The position numbers and the translations under genes were made by a program. From Longimicrobiales bacterium (GTDB lineage Bacteria; Gemmatimonadota; Gemmatimonadetes; Longimicrobiales; Gaopeijiaceae): a DNA stretch of 44,916 bases. The stretch is from assembly GCA_965197725.1 (NCBI GenBank), contig CBDANQ010000007.1:1-44916 (forward strand), written 5' to 3'. A model generated the notes under the pieces. The model saw only the letters and a list, made by a program, of their open reading frames with translations. It did no database searches and was not told the origin of the DNA. This document shows positions 39,549-44,916 of this stretch, in pieces. Position 1 is the stretch's first letter, and every line of letters starts with the position of its first letter.

Positions 39549-40963
39549 TCGGTCCAGGTACGCTCGCCGGTGGGCTCGTGGGCCCGCTTCCTTGAGCGCG
39601 AGCTCTGTGAGCTCTCGCCTGAGCGCGGCGGAGGCCTTCCTCAGATCGGTGCTCAGGGATGCCTGGTCGGCCGGCCACGCGGCCGGTTTCGCGGCTTTCG
39701 TGCCTTCTCCCGGCCGGAGAGCCCGGTCGGCAACCCTCCAGAGCCCCCTCAGCGCGGATTTTCCGTCGCCGGCGACTCCGCTCGGACTGCCGCCAGCGTG
39801 GCCGCGATTGCAGCGATCCGGCGATCGCTAAGGTCAGAGAGGACGTTTCTTCAGGCGGCGCTCCCCGTGGGCCGTCTCCCCTCCTAGCGGATGTGCGGCG
39901 GGAGAGTGTTCCACGATGAAATCCACACCAATACGGGCGAGGCGTCGCTGAAAACCCATACTAGTAGGCCGCCATGATGAGTTGCATTCCCGCCCGCAGG
40001 CGTACGCGCCACTTCCTCTCAAGCTCGTCGCTCCAGTCCGGATCCAGCGCCTTCGCCACCTCGCAAATGCTGTCAAGCCACAGCTCGTAGAGTTTCGGGA
40101 GGACGCTACGTCCTTCACGGCTGTGCGACGTTCCGAGCCTGGTTAGCATGGATCGAAACTCCGGATCCGCCACGTCCCTACTCACCATCATGTGGACCGA
40201 ATCTCTGAGCACGCGATGTTGTCGCGCGAAGTCGGTTTGCCCGAAGTAGGGCGCGATCTCCGGAGATGAGTTCATGAAGGCCGCGTAGAAGGTCTCGGCG
40301 AAATCCCCGTGAGCCTCGCAGCGCTCGAAACTGAGACGTACTTCCTCATCGGCGAACCACCCAGGCGGCCGCGTTTCGGAGTCGGCATCAAGATCCCGAA
40401 AGAAATCGATTCTGCAGCGCAACGGGCCATCGACGGCCACCCTGTGCGGTGCCTGAGGGTGGATCGTAATGAGACCTGGCGCCGAGATCACATGCTCCTC
40501 GCCGGTTTCAAGGTTCAGAAACCGCAGTCTTCCCTCGAACACATGGAGCACTCCCCATCGTCCGGGAGCCAAGGCGTGTTCCGACTGAAGCGCATCCGGA
40601 ATCGTGTCTTGCGTGAAGATGGGGGAAGCGCCGCCTGGAACGAGCCCCTCAGGCAAACAATCGGTCATGGTGGTCTGGTCGGTGTGGGTTCGCTGTGCCA
40701 TGTGCCGGGCAGGGTGGACAGAGCCCCGTGCTCCAGCGACAGCTCGCATGCACCAGAGAGAACGTTCTTAGCACGCGGTCCGGGGACCAGGAGATCCACA
40801 TCATCCTGGTAAATTATCATAACCAATCGAGGACCGGCAACCGCTTGCTGTGGGTCATGGACATCGAGCCGCGATCGGCGCGTCGCCCGCGACATCGTGG
40901 AGCGGATCTCGGTCCAGGTCCGCTCGCCGGTGGGCTCGTGGGCCGCTTCCTACGAGCGCGAGC
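39549..40963 (+). repeat. Imperfect ~55-bp direct repeats (39549-39603 and 40909-40963) flanking the DUF1971-globin gene
   Basis: TCGGTCCAGGT(A/C)CGCTCGCCGGTGGGCTCGTGGGCC...GAGCGCGAGC present in both copies. Confidence 0.75.
39961..40668 (-). CDS. DUF1971 (YeaR/TehB-N cupin-like) - globin fusion protein
   Basis: N-half: SPIFTQDTIPDALQSEH...WGVLHVFEGRLRF...PQAPHRV. C-half: SFERC...FAETFY...F..TDFARQ...LGTSHSR...YELWLDS. Alternative start at 40701. Confidence 0.75.
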   Translation of the reverse strand: MTDCLPEGLVPGGASPIFTQDTIPDALQSEHALAPGRWGVLHVFEGRLRFLNLETGEEHVISAPGLITIHPQAPHRVAVDGPLRCRIDFFRDLDADSETRPPGWFADEEVRLSFERCEAHGDFAETFYAAFMNSSPEIAPYFGQTDFARQHRVLRDSVHMMVSRDVADPEFRSMLTRLGTSHSREGRSVLPKLYELWLDSICEVAKALDPDWSDELERKWRVRLRAGMQLIMAAY

Positions 40964-41218
40964 GCGGCTTCCGCCCGGGCTTCAAGGGCTCGCTCTGCTC
41001 CGCGTTTCGATGAGCTGGTGATCCTCGATCCTGGCCCACACCCGCATCTTCGAGGCGGAGGCCGGCGAGCCATGCCTTCCTCCGCCATCGTGGCGCGGAG
41101 ATCCGCGATGAAGCCGCCGAACTTCCCGCCCGCCACGGTTTCGCCAGCTTTGGCGGGCTTCCCCGAACAGTGCCCGCCCCCGGGACCTGAGTGCTAGACA
41201 GACAAGTGTACACACCGG

Positions 41219-41246
41219 TGTCAACGCCGGTTGAAAATGTCACACA
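41219..41246 (+). mobile_element. Isolated IS21-like terminal repeat remnant
   Basis: TGTCAACGCCGGTTGAAAATGTCAC resembles IS21-family ends; no istA/istB and no partner end seen. Confidence 0.4.
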
Positions 41247-41315
41247 TCGGGGGGAGGTGACGGGCCTCTAAGTCGTCGTCGTCTCCTTCGATGTTCTCCT
41301 CCTCTTGCGAGGGGG

Positions 41316-41832
41316 TGAAGAGCTCGAGAAGGAGACCCAACTCTTGAAGCGAGCGGTGGCCGATTTAACCCTGGACAATCTGATCCTGAAGGAGGCGTCC
41401 AAGGGAAACTTTTGAACCCCGAGCGGCGGAGGCGGTGCGTGGCAGAAGTTCGTCAGCGGTTCGGGGTGAGCGAGAGGAGAGCGTGCAGGGTCTTGGGCCA
41501 GGCCCGCACGACGCAGCGCCGCAGGAGCAACAGAAGTGCGGACGAAGAGGCGCTGAGGGAGGACGTGGTGAAAGTAGCCCGCAGGTTTGGACGCTACGGG
41601 TACCGGATGGTGACGGGGATGCTGAGGACGAAGGGTTGGGTGGTGAACCACAAGCGGGTGGAGCGGATCTGGAGGCAGGAGGGGCTGAAGGTGCCGAAGA
41701 AGCAGCCCAGGCGGGGGCGTTTGTGGTTGACGGACGGCTCCTGCATCCGGCTCCGGCCCTTGTACCGGCACCACGTCTGGGCCTATGACTTCGTGGCGGA
41801 TCGGACCCACGACGGTCGGCGGCTGAAGATGC
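41316..41832 (+). pseudogene. Truncated IS3-family (IS407-group) transposase remnant
   Basis: OrfA tail KELEKETQLLKRAVADLTLDNLILKEASKGNF* with GGGAAAC; OrfB start VSERRACRVLGQ...YGYR...VNHKRVERIWRQEGL...WAYDFV; the rest of the DDE domain is absent. Confidence 0.85.
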
Positions 41833-41964
41833 GCCCTCCGACGATGGGAAGACCAGACCGCCGCCGCGCGGCTACCCCCCGCCGCCGCTTCTTTCCGTGC
41901 TACACGCCGGGCGCCGGTGGGATTCCAGCCTTTTGGGTCGTGGTTGGAGGGACCGGATGTTTCC

Positions 41965-42900
41965 TCACACCAGGCGTAGCAGCGAGAGCGTCTTGAGAGC
42001 CTCGTTGATCTTCACGACCGTAAAGTTTTCCCTGCGGAGCTTGGCGCGCCATGCGTCGTCGGTCTTGATCAGATCCATCACCGTGTCGGGCGTGATTTCT
42101 CGGTCGTCAACCTGGCTGCACACCGAGTGGACGGTCGTTAACGTCTCTAGCTCGCATTCGTCGAATCTGCGGAGTTTGTCGATCAGTGCCCGTGCAACCA
42201 CTTCCTGACGGACGTACCGAGCCGCATAGCTTGCTGCCTGGGAATGTTTCGGCCCTGGCCGAAGGAGTTGGTCGGCCCCCCTGACGAGGTAGCCCTTTTT
42301 CAGGCATCCGGGCTCAGCGTCGCGGTAGGTCAACGAGGGGTCGTATGGCCCAAACCGATATTTGGTGTGCTTCCGGAAGACACCAAGTTGGAGGCCATTC
42401 TCCAGAAGGTAGGCTACCTTTTGGGCACGCATTCTGGAAACACCCTGACCGCCGTCGCCCGACAGAATGCCAGTGATCCAGCCATACACTGCGATCCGGC
42501 GAAACGTGACCGGAGCCTTCCCCCGAAACGAGTACGAACTACTGCGTAACCGCTCCATCTCGGCACCGATTGAAGCCAGTTGCCTCTCAGTTTCGCTATC
42601 CGGTCGTTTCAGCCATTCCGGGCCCAGCGAGGCAGCTAGACAGAGGTCACGCACAGCCTCCTGTTCAATGGCGTCAAGTCGTGGTTCCCCTCGGTCTTCG
42701 CCGAGGCCCAACTCGGCAAGCGGCGTGGAACTGACCAGGATGACCCAGTAGTCCAGAAGGGTCTCGCGCGCTTCGGGGGCCTCGCGCACATAGGCTGCAA
42801 TGTCTGGCTTGATGCCTGCCTCGAACTCGGCCAGCATCCGGGCTTTGAGGGCGTCGACGGTTGTCATCGGTAGTGTCCCGAAGATGTTGCGCCCATTCAC
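41965..42900 (-). CDS. Hypothetical two-domain protein: putative anti-sigma-like N-terminus plus DarG-C/SocA-like C-terminus
   Basis: GTGA coupling to the sigma gene; N-terminal DIAAYVREAPEARETLLDYW helix; C-terminal RAQKVAYLLE...YRFGPYD...LETLTTVH pattern. Confidence 0.55.
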   Translation of the reverse strand: MNGRNIFGTLPMTTVDALKARMLAEFEAGIKPDIAAYVREAPEARETLLDYWVILVSSTPLAELGLGEDRGEPRLDAIEQEAVRDLCLAASLGPEWLKRPDSETERQLASIGAEMERLRSSSYSFRGKAPVTFRRIAVYGWITGILSGDGGQGVSRMRAQKVAYLLENGLQLGVFRKHTKYRFGPYDPSLTYRDAEPGCLKKGYLVRGADQLLRPGPKHSQAASYAARYVRQEVVARALIDKLRRFDECELETLTTVHSVCSQVDDREITPDTVMDLIKTDDAWRAKLRRENFTVVKINEALKTLSLLRLV

Positions 42901-43589
42901 AGGTCTAGGAGGGCGCGAAACCGTGGAATCTTCTTCAGCCGCTCTCGTGCGTTCCGAAGATGTCTGTGAACCATAGCGGGGCTGATTCCCATGACTTCTG
43001 AGACCGATTCGGGCCCAGAGATCTGTCTACGCTCGATCCACCTGAGGGTGGCCGCCGCCGCTTGGCGGGGCGGCAATTCAGAGATGATCTGTTGAAGTGT
43101 CTCACGGTCAATGCGATCCGCTATCTCCACCGACAGGTCGCCTCGATCAAGTCGGCTGGTTTTCTCCGATACATCGTGGACGGAAACGGTCGCCTCCGGA
43201 AGCTTCGCCCGGCGCCTGCGGATCGCATCGAGACAGCGCTGCTTGTACGCGCGTCCGAAGCGTTCTTCCCAGAAGGTGGGTTTCTCGCTGGTAGCGGCTT
43301 GGAGGGCCACGAACATGTCGCGGATCCCCTCGGAGTGGACATCCTTACGGTCTTCCAGACGTAATGCCCATGAGACCGACTCCGCGATGGGGCGGGAGCG
43401 CTCCAAGAGGTGTGCGGCTGCGGTCTCAGTTAGTTCTGGGTGACGGTCGCCAAGGGCCTTCCGGACTAGGAATGCCAGCGTCTCCAGCGTCAGGTGACGA
43501 CCCTCCCTGCGGACCGCAATCATGCGATCCGTTGGATTGAGTGTGCAGAGCCGCTCGATCTCCGCCTTGGACTTCGCTGGGCGTGCCAG
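42897..43589 (-). CDS. Divergent sigma-70/ECF-like RNA polymerase sigma factor (start uncertain)
   Basis: Region-2-like YKQRCLDAIRR and region-4 LPPRQAAAATLRW...SVSEVMGISPAMVHRHLRNARERLK. The ORF is open to 43772, but that overlaps the Ubl gene; a CTG after GAGG at 43589 is a tentative start. Confidence 0.7.
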   Translation of the reverse strand: MARPAKSKAEIERLCTLNPTDRMIAVRREGRHLTLETLAFLVRKALGDRHPELTETAAAHLLERSRPIAESVSWALRLEDRKDVHSEGIRDMFVALQAATSEKPTFWEERFGRAYKQRCLDAIRRRRAKLPEATVSVHDVSEKTSRLDRGDLSVEIADRIDRETLQQIISELPPRQAAAATLRWIERRQISGPESVSEVMGISPAMVHRHLRNARERLKKIPRFRALLDL

Positions 43590-43740
43590 TGGTCTTCCTC
43601 GGTGTGTTGGGCCGCTACCCAGATAACCGGAGCGAGCCCTCGGAACTGTAAACCCTGAAAGTCCGAGTTCACACTTCTCCGTCCGGAATCCGATTACACC
43701 AATAGCGACGCCGAAACCCCTGGTACATAGGAGAGACGCC

Positions 43741-43983
43741 ATGACGACGACCATGACCCAGAAGACGATCACGATTTACATTGATCAACAGAAGTTCGAA
43801 CTCGAAGCGGGCAAGTACGCCGCCACCCAGCTCCTTGAGCTTGCGGGCGAGGACCCGTCTCAGACGATTCTGGTGCTGAGAACTGGCGACGATCTCGAGC
43901 AGCTGAAGAAGGATTCCTACTTCGAGCCAAAGCCCGATGCCCGCTTCGTCGTGTTTCACTGCGACCCGACTCCCGTCTCGTGA
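43741..43983 (+). CDS. Ubiquitin-like (multi-ubiquitin-domain family) small protein
   Basis: AGGAG RBS; 80 aa beta-grasp pattern ITIYID..F....YAATQLLELAG......LV......QL......F; coupled to E2 and JAB-E1 genes. Confidence 0.75.
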   Translation: MTTTMTQKTITIYIDQQKFELEAGKYAATQLLELAGEDPSQTILVLRTGDDLEQLKKDSYFEPKPDARFVVFHCDPTPVS

Positions 43984-44357
43984 TCTTTGGCCCGGATCGT
44001 CTTCAGGCGGACCTCGCTACGATCGGCTTCCATGCACAGCGTGTCTCTGCGCACGACGGGACCACTTTCGTGGTGATCCCGAACTTCGAGGTGCCGTGCG
44101 GACGCTTCGTAGGACGCGTTATCGACCTGGGACTGCAGGCGACCCCCGACTTTCCGCTCACTATCGCCTCCGCAATCCATGTGCGGTCTGACCCACACCT
44201 GCTGGACATCGCGGACACCGTCCCGGGAAGACGTAACATCATCGAAAGTGCCTTGGGGCCAGACTGGCGCTACTGGAGTCACAACCTTGGCTGGTCGGAC
44301 CCAAGGACCGCACGGCGGCTCATTTCCAAAGTGAACAAGGTGTTCGAGGGTGCTTGA
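43980..44357 (+). CDS. Prokaryotic E2-like (family E) conjugating protein
   Basis: FVVIPNFEVPCG, PDFP and WRYWSH motifs; GTGA overlap with the Ubl stop. Confidence 0.72.
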   Translation: MIFGPDRLQADLATIGFHAQRVSAHDGTTFVVIPNFEVPCGRFVGRVIDLGLQATPDFPLTIASAIHVRSDPHLLDIADTVPGRRNIIESALGPDWRYWSHNLGWSDPRTARRLISKVNKVFEGA

Positions 44358-44916
44358 AGTCAACTCGGCTGCGATGTCGACATCCCTCGCTGGGGCATTG
44401 CATGGCCCCCTCGTCCGAGATGACGGGCAGGAGGATCTGACATTCGCGTTGTGGTACCCCTCGGAGGGAATGAACCGGAAGACCGCCCTTCTCTTCCGCT
44501 CCATCCGGCCGGGACCAGGCGACCGCGAGATTCACGGCAACGTCAGTTTCAACCCGGGCTACCTGCAGCGCGCCTTGGAGGAGGCGCTCCGGCACCGGGC
44601 TGGGCTAGCATTCCTCCATAGTCATCCGTTTCCGGGGTGGCAGCACATGAGCGAGGACGATGTCGCGGCCGAGCGCCGAATCGCCCGTGCGGGGTGTGCT
44701 CTGACCGGACTGCCCCTGATCGGGATGACGACCGGAAACGATGGTACGTGGAGTGCGAGGACCTGGGTTGCGGAGACGGACAAACCGGAGCCGCGCATGT
44801 CATGGCTTCCGGAAGTCCGGGTCGTTGGAGAGGCTCTCCGCGTGTCACGCGTGCCCCGTTCTCCACGTCCCGAGCGGAAGGCCGAAACGCTGATTCGAAC
44901 TGTGGCCGCTTGGGGT
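44350..44916 (+). CDS. JAB/JAMM peptidase fused to ThiF/E1 (partial, runs off window end)
   Basis: Missing from the ORF track. Manual translation gives 189 open codons with GQED (Glu28) and LAFLHSHPFPGWQHMSEDD (HxH..S..D), ending in RTVAAWG, which resembles the start of a ThiF/E1 domain. Confidence 0.8.
   Translation, partial: MLEVNSAAMSTSLAGALHGPLVRDDGQEDLTFALWYPSEGMNRKTALLFRSIRPGPGDREIHGNVSFNPGYLQRALEEALRHRAGLAFLHSHPFPGWQHMSEDDVAAERRIARAGCALTGLPLIGMTTGNDGTWSARTWVAETDKPEPRMSWLPEVRVVGEALRVSRVPRSPRPERKAETLIRTVAAWG

Noticed and set aside
38638..39678. 346-aa minus-strand ORF as a standalone gene
   Set aside because: A chimera of repeat DNA, the middle of Omp85 copy 2 and antisense IS3.
43590..43772. 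Hydrophobic N-terminal extension making the sigma-like protein membrane-bound
   Set aside because: It overlaps the Ubl gene and its RBS on the other strand, so it is probably an ORF-caller extension.
1..44916. tRNA, rRNA, CRISPR array, integrase or prophage genes
   Set aside because: None recognised by eye. A covariance-model search would be needed to exclude small RNAs.

Overview
GC-rich bacterial chromosomal window, probably from a metagenome assembly. Its gene style suggests a Gemmatimonadota-like diderm, but that is inference. The left part (1-14.5 kb) holds the end of a glycosyltransferase/methyltransferase locus, a DUF72 gene, exported hydrolases and a nine-gene accessory type II fatty-acid cluster (enoyl reductase, FabH-like, FabA, FabZ-like, FabF-like, ACP, acyltransferase, PLP aminotransferase, phosphoglycosyl transferase). 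Two inverted paralogs of an Omp85-type barrel gene (copy 1 also carries a kinase-like domain) are both disrupted by nested insertion sequences: IS256 containing an IS1182-like remnant, and IS3 containing IS30, which itself carries a 181-bp non-coding insert. Between the paralogs lies a decaying accessory block: a sigma54 activator with visible promoter and UAS sites, FadE, patatin, dodecin, an OgdA-like decarboxylase plus ALDH, and TauE. The right end has a DUF1971-globin fusion, IS remnants and the best candidate for a new system: a bacterial ubiquitination-like operon (Ubl, E2, JAB-E1, cut by the window edge). Its Ubl ends in PTPVS with no terminal glycine, its E2 has no evident catalytic cysteine, and it is divergent from a sigma-70-like gene and a putative anti-sigma/antitoxin-like gene. 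All family calls come from motif recognition by eye; no database search was run.
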